DNA of 64,000 nt from Terriglobia bacterium (GCA_965223005.1 CBDCVK010000010.1:1408001-1472000), one strand, 5' to 3'. Shown: positions 37,248 to 47,076, counted from the first letter of the stretch. Numbers and translations: made by a program. The notes: a model not told the origin generated them from the sequence alone.

Positions 37248-38465
37248 ATGGCTGAGTTTATTACCAGATACGCGAACGAGCGGGGCAAGGTACTGGAGCA
37301 GACGGAGCGCGCTGACTCTGAGGAAGAGGTGCGGTCGCGCTACGCCCAGCAGGGATTTTACGTCTTCTCGGTGCGACCGCGGGGAGCTTTTGCCCTAAAG
37401 AAGGCGAAGCGGGCTCCTGCGGCGCGGGCCGGCGCCAAGCTGGAGCCGTTCCTGATCTTCAACCAACAGTTTGTCACGCTGATCCGCGCCGGGTTACCTG
37501 TGTTGAAGGCGCTAGACTTGCTGTCGGGCCGCATTGGCTACGCTCCCCTGCGCGAGCGGATCCGGGACGTGCGCGAGCGCGTCCGCGGTGGTGCCCTGCT
37601 CTCGGAGGCGTTCGAAGCCCAGGAAGTTTTCCCTAAGATCTACCTCACCTCGCTGCTGGCCGGGGAAAAAGCGGGCAACCTGGAAGAGGTGCTGGATCGC
37701 TACATCGCCTACACGCGCTTGGCCGTGTCGGTACGCAGGAAGCTGCTGGCTTCGCTGGTCTACCCGGCGTTGCTTCTGTTCCTGGTGACCGGACTGGTGA
37801 CCTTCCTGACCGTCTACGTAATCCCCAACTTCGCAGAGCTTTACGCGGGCATGGGAGCCCAGCTTCCCCCTATGACCCAGGTGCTGATCGCCGTAGGGCT
37901 GGCCATCAAGAACTACCTGGTGGTGCTGGTGCTGGGAATCGTGCTGCTGGGTGCGGCCATCTATTCCTGGTCCCGGTCAGCCGGCGGCGCGGCGCGTTTG
38001 GATACGCTCAAGCTGAAGCTTCCACTGGCCGGTGAGATCTGGTTGAAGTACCAGGTGGCGCAGTTCTGCCGGATGCTGTCCACCCTGCTTAGTGGCGGCA
38101 TCCCATTAGTGGCGGCCTTGGAGACGGCGGCCGGCTCGTTCGGCTCGGCGCTGGTGCGTAGGACGCTGGAAGTGGCCAGCCGGGCGGTGCGGGAGGGGCG
38201 CACACTGTCGGCCGGCCTGCGGGAGTCGGCCCTTATCCCCGACCTGACAGTGGAAATGATTGAGGTGGGTGAGTCCACCGGTGCGTTGCCCCAGATGCTG
38301 GCCAGCGCCGCCGAATTCTACGAGGAGGATGTGCAGACCCGGCTGCAGGCTGCCCTGACGCTGGTCGAGCCAGCGATCCTCATCCTCATGGGGATCCTCG
38401 TGGCGTTTGTGCTGGTTTCTCTCTATCTGCCCATCTTCTCGCTGGCGGAAAGGATCCAGACATGA
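37248..38465 (+). CDS. T2SS/T4P inner-membrane platform protein (GspF/PilC)
   Basis: QQFVTLIRAGLP, GEKAGNLEEVL, LVYP, VGESTGAL, LVEP, LYLPIF. Confidence 0.92.
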   Translation: MAEFITRYANERGKVLEQTERADSEEEVRSRYAQQGFYVFSVRPRGAFALKKAKRAPAARAGAKLEPFLIFNQQFVTLIRAGLPVLKALDLLSGRIGYAPLRERIRDVRERVRGGALLSEAFEAQEVFPKIYLTSLLAGEKAGNLEEVLDRYIAYTRLAVSVRRKLLASLVYPALLLFLVTGLVTFLTVYVIPNFAELYAGMGAQLPPMTQVLIAVGLAIKNYLVVLVLGIVLLGAAIYSWSRSAGGAARLDTLKLKLPLAGEIWLKYQVAQFCRMLSTLLSGGIPLVAALETAAGSFGSALVRRTLEVASRAVREGRTLSAGLRESALIPDLTVEMIEVGESTGALPQMLASAAEFYEEDVQTRLQAALTLVEPAILILMGILVAFVLVSLYLPIFSLAERIQT

Positions 38466-40102
38466 GTGAACCGAAATACAGGAACGGAAACGGAAGCGAG
38501 CTGGCGACCAACGCGGCGGGCGAGGAGACCCGTGCTCGCGACCTGGCCGCCCGCTACCGCTGCCCGTTCATCAACCTGAAGGAGCAGCCGATTGATCACG
38601 AGCTGCTGCGCAGCATTCCGGTGGATCTGATGTTCCGCTACCACTTCGTTCCGCTCCGCAGCCATAACCAGACGCTGGAGGTCGCCATCGCCGACCCCAG
38701 CCAGCTGGTGCTGATTGACGAGGTCTCGCTGCTGCTCAACAAGAAGCTCAAGCTGCGCGTGGCGACGCTCGGCCAGATCAACGAGCTGCTGAAGACGACC
38801 GCGCAGTCGCAGCGCGTGCTGGAGGAAGCCACGGAGGGATTCACCCTGGACGTGATCCACGAAGAAGAGGGCCAGGACGAAGCGCTCTCGATCGAGAAGC
38901 TGACGCGCGACAGCGACATCAGTCCGGTCATCCGCCTGGTGGATACCACCATCTTTACGGCGCTAGAACGGCGGGCCAGCGACATTCACATCGAGACGCG
39001 CGACAGCGAGGTGGCCATGAAGTATCGCATTGACGGCGTGCTGCACTACGCCATGCCGCCAATCGCCAAAGACTGGGCGCCGACCATCATCTCCCGCATC
39101 AAGGTCATGTCGGAGCTGGATATCGCCGAGCGGCGCATACCCCAGGACGGGCGCTTCCGGGTGCGCTACAAGAACCGCTCGATTGATTTCCGCGTCTCCA
39201 TCATGCCCTCCATCCACGGAGAGGACGCGGTGCTGCGGGTGCTGGACAAGGAGTCCATGAGCGAGCAGTTCCGCCAGCTCTCCCTAGACTCGGTGGGCTT
39301 CCCCGAGCATGATCTGAAGAAGTTCCGGCGTTACATCCAGGAGCCTTACGGCATGGTGCTGGTGACGGGGCCGACCGGCAGCGGCAAGACCACCACCTTG
39401 TATGCGGCCCTGATGGAAATCAAGAACGACGAGGACAAGATCATCACCATCGAGGACCCGGTGGAGTATCAGATCAAGGGCATCACCCAGATTCCCGTGA
39501 ATGAGAAAAAGGGGCTTACCTTCGCCCGCGGCTTGCGCTCGATCCTGCGCCACGATCCGGACAAGATCATGGTGGGGGAGATCCGCGACAACGAGACGGC
39601 CCAGATCGCCATCCAGTCCGCTCTGACCGGTCACCTGGTGTTTACCACCGTCCACGCCAACAATGTGGTGGACGTGCTGAGCCGCTTTCTGAACATGGGG
39701 GTGGAACCGTACAACTTCGTCTCGGCTCTCAACTGCATCCTGGCCCAGCGATTGGTGCGCCTCATCTGCGCGCAGTGCAGGCGCGCAGTTCATTATCCCG
39801 ATTCAGACCTGGAGGAGTCGGGGCTGGACCCGAGGGTCTGGCGCGAGCGGTCTTTCTACGAAGGCGCCGGCTGTCTGGAATGTTCCGGAACTGGCTTCCG
39901 CGGGCGCACCGCCATCACGGAGCTGCTGGACCTGTCGGACCGCATTCGCGAGATCATCCTCGCCAAGCGCCCTGCCTCGGACATCAAGCGAGCGGCGAGT
40001 GAGGAAGGCATGAACTTCCTGCGCGAAGCAGCCTTGGCCAAGGTCCAGGCAGGGGTGACGACGCTGCGCGAAATCAACAAGGTAACGTTCATCGAGGGAT
40101 AG
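38462..40102 (+). CDS. GspE/PilB assembly ATPase
   Basis: ASDIH, PQDGR, GPTGSGKTTT, TIEDPVEY, LRHDPD, GEIRD, TGHLV, tetracysteine CxxC..CxxC. Confidence 0.95.
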   Translation: MSEPKYRNGNGSELATNAAGEETRARDLAARYRCPFINLKEQPIDHELLRSIPVDLMFRYHFVPLRSHNQTLEVAIADPSQLVLIDEVSLLLNKKLKLRVATLGQINELLKTTAQSQRVLEEATEGFTLDVIHEEEGQDEALSIEKLTRDSDISPVIRLVDTTIFTALERRASDIHIETRDSEVAMKYRIDGVLHYAMPPIAKDWAPTIISRIKVMSELDIAERRIPQDGRFRVRYKNRSIDFRVSIMPSIHGEDAVLRVLDKESMSEQFRQLSLDSVGFPEHDLKKFRRYIQEPYGMVLVTGPTGSGKTTTLYAALMEIKNDEDKIITIEDPVEYQIKGITQIPVNEKKGLTFARGLRSILRHDPDKIMVGEIRDNETAQIAIQSALTGHLVFTTVHANNVVDVLSRFLNMGVEPYNFVSALNCILAQRLVRLICAQCRRAVHYPDSDLEESGLDPRVWRERSFYEGAGCLECSGTGFRGRTAITELLDLSDRIREIILAKRPASDIKRAASEEGMNFLREAALAKVQAGVTTLREINKVTFIEG

Positions 40103-40118
40103 TTTTGATAGCCGATCC

Positions 40119-40225
40119 CGGATTTCGGATTGCAGCATTAGCCACAGAGACACAGAGCGCTCAGAGCCGGAAAAGCTTTTTCTCTGTGCCCGTGTGGCTG
40201 AATCCGAAATCCGCAATCCGAAATC
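40119..40225. repeat. Nested palindromic intergenic element, copy 1 (REP/MITE-like)
   Basis: Outer arms cggatttcggatt (40119-31) / aatccgaaatccg (40201-13) enclose the agccacagag...tgtggct hairpin. Confidence 0.85.
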
Positions 40226-40228
40226 GTC

Positions 40229-41176
40229 ATGGCTAGTGCGCACTCGGTTCCCAGAAACCTGTTCCACCGGCTCTGGCATGAGCCGCCGCCCTCGCTGGCC
40301 GTGGAGTTTTCCTCTGGCGGGGTGGCGGCGGCATGCTGGACGCCGGGGGTGGACACAGTAGATGAGTTCACGAGCGAGCCGCTGCCAGAAGGGGCGCTGC
40401 GGCCTTCGCTGGTTCGCGAAAATGTGCTGAGTCCGGATGCGGTGCGTTTGGCGCTGGCGCAGGTGCTGGGGCGGATGAATCGGCGCAGCGGCGCCAATCT
40501 GGCCGTGCTGCTGCCCGACGTCGCGGCACGGGTCTCTCCCCTGACACTGGAGCAGCTTCCAGCCCGGCAGGAAGAGGCTCAGGCGCTGCTTCGCTGGCGC
40601 CTGAAGAAGACGGTGCCGTTTGAGGTGGAACAGGCTTCATTCGCTTACCAGCCAGTGGGTGATTCCCCTGAGGGGCGAGAGGTGCTGGTAGCGGTGGCCC
40701 CGCGAGTTGTGGTGAGACAGTACGAGATGGCGCTGGAGTCGTTGGGCTATCAGCCCGGCTTCGTCACCCTCTCTTCGCTGGCCGTGATCGGGCTTCTGCC
40801 GGTGGGCAGTACCGACGCCAACCGAGGCGCCATGCTGCTTCGCAGCTCGGGGCGGCTGTTGACCATCCTGATGACCGGCTCCGACAGGCTACGCATGTTT
40901 CGCTCCTCTGAATTGCCGGCCGAGGAGCAACCCCGTTCGCTAGAAGAAATTGTCGCGGACGCATATAGCTCAGCCGTGTACTTTCAGGACACTTTCGGGG
41001 AAACGCTGGAGCGAATCTACCTGGCCGGGTTTGGCGGGCAAACGCCGCAGTTGCAGGAATTGATCGACCAGGAACTCGACGTTCGAGCGCAACCCCTGCT
41101 GGTGCCCGGAGTGCGCAGCGAAGACAACGACTTCCTCGGTCTCCACGGGATGATCGCCGAGCAGGCCAAAGCATGA
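40229..41176 (+). CDS. PilM-like protein
   Basis: LPEGALRPS, LLPD, WRLKKTVPF, VRQYE, IYLAG; position in the platform operon. Confidence 0.7.
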   Translation: MASAHSVPRNLFHRLWHEPPPSLAVEFSSGGVAAACWTPGVDTVDEFTSEPLPEGALRPSLVRENVLSPDAVRLALAQVLGRMNRRSGANLAVLLPDVAARVSPLTLEQLPARQEEAQALLRWRLKKTVPFEVEQASFAYQPVGDSPEGREVLVAVAPRVVVRQYEMALESLGYQPGFVTLSSLAVIGLLPVGSTDANRGAMLLRSSGRLLTILMTGSDRLRMFRSSELPAEEQPRSLEEIVADAYSSAVYFQDTFGETLERIYLAGFGGQTPQLQELIDQELDVRAQPLLVPGVRSEDNDFLGLHGMIAEQAKA

Positions 41177-41185
41177 TTGCGGAGA

Positions 41186-41259
41186 CATTAGCCACAGAGG
41201 CACAGAGCGCACAGAGCCGGAAAAGCTTTTTCTCTGTGCTCTCCGTGTCTCTGTGGCTG
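41186..41259. repeat. Palindromic intergenic element, copy 2
   Basis: cattagccacagaggcacagagcgcacagagccggaaaagctttttctctgtgctctccgtgtctctgtggctg; direct repeat of copy 1, 1050 bp apart. Confidence 0.88.
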
Positions 41260-41287
41260 GCGCTGAAATCCGGAATTGGGAATCGGC

Positions 41288-41857
41288 ATGCGCATTGACC
41301 TGAACCTGGCGAGCCGCCCCGTCGAGAACCTGCGGCGGTTTTACCTGCTGGCGGGGACTGGCGTGGTGCTGTTGGCCCTGCTGGCCACCGCCCAGGCGAC
41401 CATTTTCTTCCGCGACTGGTGGGCCGGGCGCGAGGACCGCCAACAAACCGAGAGCCGGCGTGCCGAGGTGCGTCGCCTGGAAGCCGAAGAAAAAAAGTTC
41501 AAGGAGCAGCTCGAGCAGCCGCAAGCTCAGGATGTGATAGTACGCTCTGATTTCCTAAACAAGTTGATCTTCCAGAAGAGTGTCTCCTGGACGCAAATCC
41601 TCATGGATTTGGAGGAGCTAGTCCCGGACCGCGTGATGGTGGTTTCCATCAGGCCGGAGATCGTGGAGCGCAGTCAGGTGCGCCTGGAGATGCAGGTCAT
41701 TGGCGAGTCCATCGGCCAGTTGCTGGAGTTTTTGCGGCGCATTGAAGGCTCCGCCAAGTTTGGCACGCCGGTGCTCAGCCAGGAAGTACCCGCACAGGAT
41801 GCCGCCCGGGACCCCAGCGTTAAGCTGGGATTAAGCGTGTTCTATGGCCAAAAATAA
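41288..41857 (+). CDS. PilN-like protein
   Basis: MRIDLNLASRP, TM segment, coiled coil, SWTQILMDLEELVP. Confidence 0.75.
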   Translation: MRIDLNLASRPVENLRRFYLLAGTGVVLLALLATAQATIFFRDWWAGREDRQQTESRRAEVRRLEAEEKKFKEQLEQPQAQDVIVRSDFLNKLIFQKSVSWTQILMDLEELVPDRVMVVSIRPEIVERSQVRLEMQVIGESIGQLLEFLRRIEGSAKFGTPVLSQEVPAQDAARDPSVKLGLSVFYGQK

Positions 41858-42473
41858 TCAGCACAACCGAGCCGCGGAAAGGGCTGCGGAAAAGCCGGTT
41901 TCCCGGCAGCCCGTCAGGCGGCGCCTCCTGCAGGGCCTGCTGGCAGGGCTGCTGGCGGTGAATATCTTGTTCTTCATTCTGGCCCTGAAGCCGGGGGGGC
42001 AGCGTGCCCGCGAACAAGCCGAAGTATTCCGCGAGCTTGGCCAGGACCTGGAGTCCCGCCGGGAAACAGTGAAACGGTTGCGCAACATCGCTGCCAACCT
42101 GGGCCAAGCTCGCCACCAGGGTCTCGAGTTCCACCGGGACAAGTTCCTGCCCAAGCCGACCGGATTCTCCATTCTCATGGAGGAAGTGGACAAGCTGGCG
42201 CGAGCGAACCGGGTGCGCAAGAGCACCGTGACCTATTCGCTGAGCGACGTGCAGGGGCAGCCCGAGCTGAACGAAGTGCACGTGACAACGGTGTTGGAGG
42301 GTGACTATGCCAACATCGTGGAGTTTGTGAATCAGGTGGAGCGGTCGCCCCAGTTTATGATCATCGACAACATCGCCCTGGCCGGCGGCGGCAACACCAG
42401 GGCGAGGCCGGGCGCCAGCAAGGCCAGCCCGGTGCGGCTTTCGTTGCGTCTGGTGACGTTCTTCCAGCTGTAA
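41844..42473 (+). CDS. PilO-like protein
   Basis: TM segment, coiled coil, LEGDYANIVEFVNQVERSP, terminal LxLxTFF. Confidence 0.75.
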   Translation: MAKNNQHNRAAERAAEKPVSRQPVRRRLLQGLLAGLLAVNILFFILALKPGGQRAREQAEVFRELGQDLESRRETVKRLRNIAANLGQARHQGLEFHRDKFLPKPTGFSILMEEVDKLARANRVRKSTVTYSLSDVQGQPELNEVHVTTVLEGDYANIVEFVNQVERSPQFMIIDNIALAGGGNTRARPGASKASPVRLSLRLVTFFQL

Positions 42474-42475
42474 CG

Positions 42476-42540
42476 GACACCAGGTAAGGCCAGACAAGGC
42501 CAACCTAAGGTAAGAGAAGGCCAAGCTAAGGTAAGAAAAG
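42476..42540 (+). repeat. Degenerate short tandem repeats in the RBS region
   Basis: aaggccaa..taaggtaaga units repeated just before ATG 42543. Confidence 0.75.
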
Positions 42541-42542
42541 CG

Positions 42543-43115
42543 ATGGCTCCTTCGTTTCGCTTTGAAGACGGCAAGCGCTGGATCGCAGCAGCGGTGCTGC
42601 TGGGCTTGGCGGCCTTTCTGTCGTATCGCGCCTTCTCTCCCTCAGCCCAGCAGGCTGCCAGCCGCGCTAGGAGCGTCGGGCCGGCAGCGGAGAACCGCTC
42701 GCGAGCCCGGGCACGTGCTGCAATCTCGGGGGCATACGACCCTGCGCTGAGATTCGACCTGTTGGCTAAGGTGCAGGGCATCACCTACCAGGGGACCGAG
42801 CGCAACATCTTCCAATACCGTACGCGCGCGGCTCCGATACCAAAGCCGACAGCCAAAGCTGTTACCGCGTCGGCTTCCAAGCGTTCCGGCGAGGCGCCCC
42901 CGCCAGCTATTCCCTTGAAGTATTACGGGTATGCTCACAAGCCCGACGAAACCGCCAGGAAGGCCTTCTTCGTGGATGCAGAGGAAATTTTCATCGTCAC
43001 CGAGGGCGAGATTGTTAACAAGAGGTATAAGATACTAAAGATAGGGGTGAACACGGTTGAGGTGGAAGACCTGGTGACGAAGAGCAAGCAAACTCTGCCC
43101 CTGCAGGAAACCTGA
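42543..43115 (+). CDS. T2SS/T4P-associated membrane-anchored protein (PilP/GspC-like position)
   Basis: N-terminal TM, DPALR, RNIF, Pro-rich linker, beta-rich C-terminal domain (IPLKYYG..EGEIV..RYKI). Confidence 0.6.
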   Translation: MAPSFRFEDGKRWIAAAVLLGLAAFLSYRAFSPSAQQAASRARSVGPAAENRSRARARAAISGAYDPALRFDLLAKVQGITYQGTERNIFQYRTRAAPIPKPTAKAVTASASKRSGEAPPPAIPLKYYGYAHKPDETARKAFFVDAEEIFIVTEGEIVNKRYKILKIGVNTVEVEDLVTKSKQTLPLQET

Positions 43116-44743
43116 TGAGCGGGTGGAAAGTCCGCGGTTCAAAGTCCAAGGTCGAAGAGCTCCACCTCCTGTTGCGACCGGCTCGCACCCCGGCCTCCGC
43201 AGCGGGCAATCAAGCCACAACGGGCAATCAAGCCAGAGCGGGCAATCAAGCCAAAGCGAGCAATCAAGAAGGCTGGGCGTTGCTCACCCTGATCTTCTTC
43301 TCCGCGCTGCTGGCGATTTCACTGGCGTCCGTACTGCCGCGGGCGGCCATGGAAGCGCGCCGGGAAAGGGAAGCGGACTTGATCCACCGTGGCCGACAGT
43401 ATCAGCGGGCCATCCAGCTCTATTACCGAAAGTTCCGCCGCTATCCCTCCAAGATGGAGGAGTTGGAAAACACGAATCGCATCCGTTTTCTGCGGCGGCG
43501 CTTCACGGATCCGATTGCGGGAAGCGAGAAGTGGCGCCTCATCCACATCAGCCCGCAGGACCTGTTGACTGATTCGGTGCTGCAGCAGGCCGCTGGAGCC
43601 GCCACCGCAGCAGTTCCGGGCGTGACTCCGGGCATGCCCGGTGCTCTGCCGGGAACGCAAGACTGGTCACAACAGCCGGGGCGCAGCTCTCAGCCCACTT
43701 CTGGTTTCGGCCAGACTTCCCGCTTTGGACAGCCGGCGAATCCCACTGCCCGGCCAGGACAGGTGCCGCAACAAGGCGGTTTCGGCCAGCCGGCAGGTCT
43801 TGGGCAGCGGGGCGCGCGGGCAGGCCCCACACCATCTGGCTTCCGGCTGCCAGGACAGTCGGTGCCCGTGTCACCCGGAACGAGGACCATCCCGGGGCTT
43901 CCGGCCGGGGTGCAGCCCAGGCAACAACCGGGGCAAACAGCTTTTCAAACGCCACTCGTGGGGCAGCCATCGAGGCCCGGCCAGCAGTCGGGCTTCGGCC
44001 AGCCGACCCAGCCCGGTCGACCCCAGGGGACGGGTAGGGTTGTGATTCCCGGACTCCCCGCCGGAGTGCAGATCGGCGCTCCCCCCGGGGCGGCATACGG
44101 TGCGCCTGCTGGAGGCACGGCGCGTGGAATGTCGCCCGGGACAGGCTTGGGCGCTAGCGTCGGGATGACCACCACGGGCTTCGTCCCCCTTGCTGGAAAT
44201 CCCACGGGCTCCGGCACGGCTCCCGGCCAGCCTACTGGTCTAGGCGGTCAGCAGATTGGGGGCGGCATCGCTGGCGTGGCCAGCACCAAGGAAGCGCCTT
44301 CGATGAAGATCTACAATGGCCGCGAAAAATACAACGAATGGGAATTCGTCTACGATTTTCGCCGCGACCCAACGATGCTGGGCCGCCAGGTCCAGGGCGC
44401 TCCCGTCCAGCCAGGCGCCTTGGTGGGCCAACCCCAACGGCCGGGCCGTCCAGGCCAGCCGCAGCAGGGTGGCTTCGGTAGGCCTCAACCCGGCGGTTCG
44501 GTCAACCGCAGCCAGGGTCGGGCAGGCCTCAACCCGGCCGGTTCGGTCAACCGCAGCCAGGCCAGTCGGGCAGGCCCCAACCTGGCCGGCGCGGTCAACC
44601 GCAGTCAAGAAGGCCCGGCCAGCCACAGCCCGGCGGCATCGGCCTGCAGCAGCCGAATCTATTTCCGCGCCGCTGAGACAAAGCGTCTGAGGCGGTTTCC
44701 TCCTTCAGGCCTCACACTGCCGCATCAAACCCGTCGTACTTAG
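43115..44743 (+). CDS. Minor pseudopilin-like protein with long Gly/Gln/Pro low-complexity insert
   Basis: QEG|WALL prepilin-like site, READLIHRGRQYQRAI, RFLRRRFTDP, GVAS, YNEWEFVYD. Confidence 0.75.
   Translation: MSGWKVRGSKSKVEELHLLLRPARTPASAAGNQATTGNQARAGNQAKASNQEGWALLTLIFFSALLAISLASVLPRAAMEARREREADLIHRGRQYQRAIQLYYRKFRRYPSKMEELENTNRIRFLRRRFTDPIAGSEKWRLIHISPQDLLTDSVLQQAAGAATAAVPGVTPGMPGALPGTQDWSQQPGRSSQPTSGFGQTSRFGQPANPTARPGQVPQQGGFGQPAGLGQRGARAGPTPSGFRLPGQSVPVSPGTRTIPGLPAGVQPRQQPGQTAFQTPLVGQPSRPGQQSGFGQPTQPGRPQGTGRVVIPGLPAGVQIGAPPGAAYGAPAGGTARGMSPGTGLGASVGMTTTGFVPLAGNPTGSGTAPGQPTGLGGQQIGGGIAGVASTKEAPSMKIYNGREKYNEWEFVYDFRRDPTMLGRQVQGAPVQPGALVGQPQRPGRPGQPQQGGFGRPQPGGSVNRSQGRAGLNPAGSVNRSQASRAGPNLAGAVNRSQEGPASHSPAASACSSRIYFRAAETKRLRRFPPSGLTLPHQTRRT
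43202..43273 (+). repeat. 18-bp x4 in-frame tandem repeat in the prepilin leader
   Basis: gcgggcaatcaagccaNa units encoding AGNQAT/TGNQAR/AGNQAK/ASNQEG. Confidence 0.92.
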
Positions 44744-44835
44744 AGAAAAGCTAGGCCTAAAGAAAAGCTGGGGGAATTCTCCACCGACCCTGGAATCGCC
44801 AGATGGATTCTCCGGAGCCTCGCGAGAAATTCCGC

Positions 44836-44899
44836 TTGACAATTGTGCTTGACAGGGGCGGACATATATGACCTATAGTCATATATGTCCATTGGTCAC
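44836..44899 (+). promoter_or_regulatory. TetR autoregulatory operator and promoter region
   Basis: Perfect IR GGACATATATGAC-N5-GTCATATATGTCC (44860-44890); TTGACA at 44836 and 44849; TATAGT at 44874. Confidence 0.75.
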
Positions 44900-44914
44900 A
44901 TTTAAACTACGGGG

Positions 44915-45583
44915 ATGCCAACTCGCTCCCAAGTCGCCCGGCGAGCCCCACCCAACCGCCGTGAACGGCGGCGGGCCGCCACCCGTGAACGCATCTTTCG
45001 CGCTGCCTTGCGCCTTTTCGCGGCGCGGGGAGTTTTTGCCACCACCGTCCAGGAAATTACTGAAGCGGCTGATGTCGGCAAGGGTACCTTCTTCAACTAC
45101 TTCCCCACCAAGGAACACTTGTTGGCGGCCTTCGGCGAGATTCAGGTGGCCAAGGTGCGCGCTGCGGCAGCCGAGGCCCGCCGCGGACAGAAACACTCCC
45201 GCGAACTGCTCCGTCGTTTGATCCACGACCTGGCGGAGGAGCCTGGCCGCAGCCAGGCGCTGGTGCGAAGCCTGCTGGCGGCCAACATGGGCAGCGAGCC
45301 GGTCCGGCACCTGATGCGCCACAACCTGGGCCGCGGCCGGAAATTGCTGGGGCAGCTCATCGCCCGGGGGCAGCTGCGGGGCGAGGTACGTCGCGACCGC
45401 AAGGCGATCGAACTTGCGCGCTATTTCCAGCAAAGCTTCTTTGGTGCGCTACTTCTGTGGACGCTCCATCCTCCCTCGCCTCTGGAGGCGTGGTTGAACA
45501 CGACCTTTGAGCTGATTTGGGCGGGGATAGATGCCCGGCAGGCCAGGGCAGGTACGAAAGCAGGCAAGGAGGGACTCGCGTGA
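44915..45583 (+). CDS. TetR/AcrR family regulator
   Basis: TRERIFRAALRLFAARG..TTVQEITEAADVGKGTFFNYFPTKEHL. Confidence 0.93.
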   Translation: MPTRSQVARRAPPNRRERRRAATRERIFRAALRLFAARGVFATTVQEITEAADVGKGTFFNYFPTKEHLLAAFGEIQVAKVRAAAAEARRGQKHSRELLRRLIHDLAEEPGRSQALVRSLLAANMGSEPVRHLMRHNLGRGRKLLGQLIARGQLRGEVRRDRKAIELARYFQQSFFGALLLWTLHPPSPLEAWLNTTFELIWAGIDARQARAGTKAGKEGLA

Positions 45584-47076
45584 AGAATCGTCTTCGGTTG
45601 CCGGTCCATTGGGATTTTTATCATTTGAATTGGCACTGGAATTGGATTGCCCTCTTCCTTTCCTTGACTGTTGTCCCCGTGGTTGCTTACGGGCAAAGCC
45701 GTCCAGAGGAGCCTCGATCGCGTCTAGCCACCCCCGCCGGGCGCGTCCTGCGCCTCAGCTTGGGACAGGCAGTTGAGATCGCTCTCCAGCCGGAAGGAAA
45801 CGCTCGCATCCAAATGGCCGAGCAGCTGATCCGACAGGCGCAGGCGCGTTCGGCCGAAACGCGGGCCGCGCTGCTGCCCGATTTGTCGGGATCGGTCGGC
45901 CTGCAGAACCAGCGGCGTAATCTGGAGGCCCTGGGGCTTCAGGTGCAGTCACCGATTCCCGGTGTTGTCGTTCCGCGATCCGTGGGACCCTTCAGCACGT
46001 TTGACGCGCGCGCCTTCGTGAGCCAGAAGATTCTCGACCTTGCCGCCATCCGGCGCTTCCAGGCCTCTCGAACCGCCGTCCGGGTGGCCCGGGCCGAGGA
46101 CGAGTCAACCCGGGACCACGTCAGCCAACAGGTGGGACGCGCTTATCTAGCCGCTATGCGGGCGGAAGCTTCGCTGGAAACGGCGCGGGCGAATCTGGCG
46201 CTGGCTGAAGCGTTGCTCCGGCTTGCGGTGAATCAGAAGGCCGCCGGCACCGGTACGGGCATTGAGGTAACCCGTGCCCGCGTGCAACTGGCGCATGAAC
46301 GCCAGCGTGTGCTGGCGAGCGGGAACGAACGGGAGCGGACGCACCTCGAGCTCTTGAAGCTGCTGGGATTGAAATTGAATACGGAGCTGGAGCTGACCGA
46401 CGCGCTGGCCTATCTGCCGGCCCCGACGACGGAGGTCGCCGAAGCGCTGGCTACGGCGATGGATTCGCGCGCCGAGTGGAAGGCGCAGCAGAAGCGCGAA
46501 AACCAGGCACGTCTGAACTACAGCGCTACGAAGCTGGAGCGGCTGCCCTCACTGGTCGGATTCCTGGATTACGGTTCCCTCGGGTTGAATCTCGACCGGT
46601 TGTTGCCCACGCACACCATCGGCGTAGCGCTGCAGGTCCCCGTCTTTGACGGAGGCCGCCGGGAGGCGCGGCGCGCCGAAAGCTTGTCCCAACTGCGGCA
46701 GGAGCGGATCCGCACCCATGATCTGCGAGAGCAGATTGAGCTGGAAATTCGCGTGGCCCTGGACAGCCTACGCTCGGCCGAGCAGCAGGTGGAGGCGGCG
46801 CAAGAGGGGCGGCAGCTGGCCGAGAATGAGCTGGCCCAGGCGCGCCGTCGCTACCAGGCGGGCGTAACCAATAGCCTGGAGGTGACCGATGCGCAGACGC
46901 GTCTGGTTCGGGCCCGCGAGGACCACATCAACGCGTTGTTCAACTACAACCTGGCCCGTATTGACCTTGGCGCCGCGATGGGCACCGTGCGCCAGGTCCT
47001 TCAACAGGGCAGTTCTCGGATAAATCCTGATCCGAAGCTGCCCGGGAGCCAAGGCCAGGGAAGGTGGGAGCCGTGA
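45580..47076 (+). CDS. TolC-family outer membrane efflux protein
   Basis: LSLGQAVEIAL, ALLPDL, VPVFDGG, RYQAG..NSLEVTDAQ; GTGA overlap with tetR. Confidence 0.88.
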   Translation: MKNRLRLPVHWDFYHLNWHWNWIALFLSLTVVPVVAYGQSRPEEPRSRLATPAGRVLRLSLGQAVEIALQPEGNARIQMAEQLIRQAQARSAETRAALLPDLSGSVGLQNQRRNLEALGLQVQSPIPGVVVPRSVGPFSTFDARAFVSQKILDLAAIRRFQASRTAVRVARAEDESTRDHVSQQVGRAYLAAMRAEASLETARANLALAEALLRLAVNQKAAGTGTGIEVTRARVQLAHERQRVLASGNERERTHLELLKLLGLKLNTELELTDALAYLPAPTTEVAEALATAMDSRAEWKAQQKRENQARLNYSATKLERLPSLVGFLDYGSLGLNLDRLLPTHTIGVALQVPVFDGGRREARRAESLSQLRQERIRTHDLREQIELEIRVALDSLRSAEQQVEAAQEGRQLAENELAQARRRYQAGVTNSLEVTDAQTRLVRAREDHINALFNYNLARIDLGAAMGTVRQVLQQGSSRINPDPKLPGSQGQGRWEP

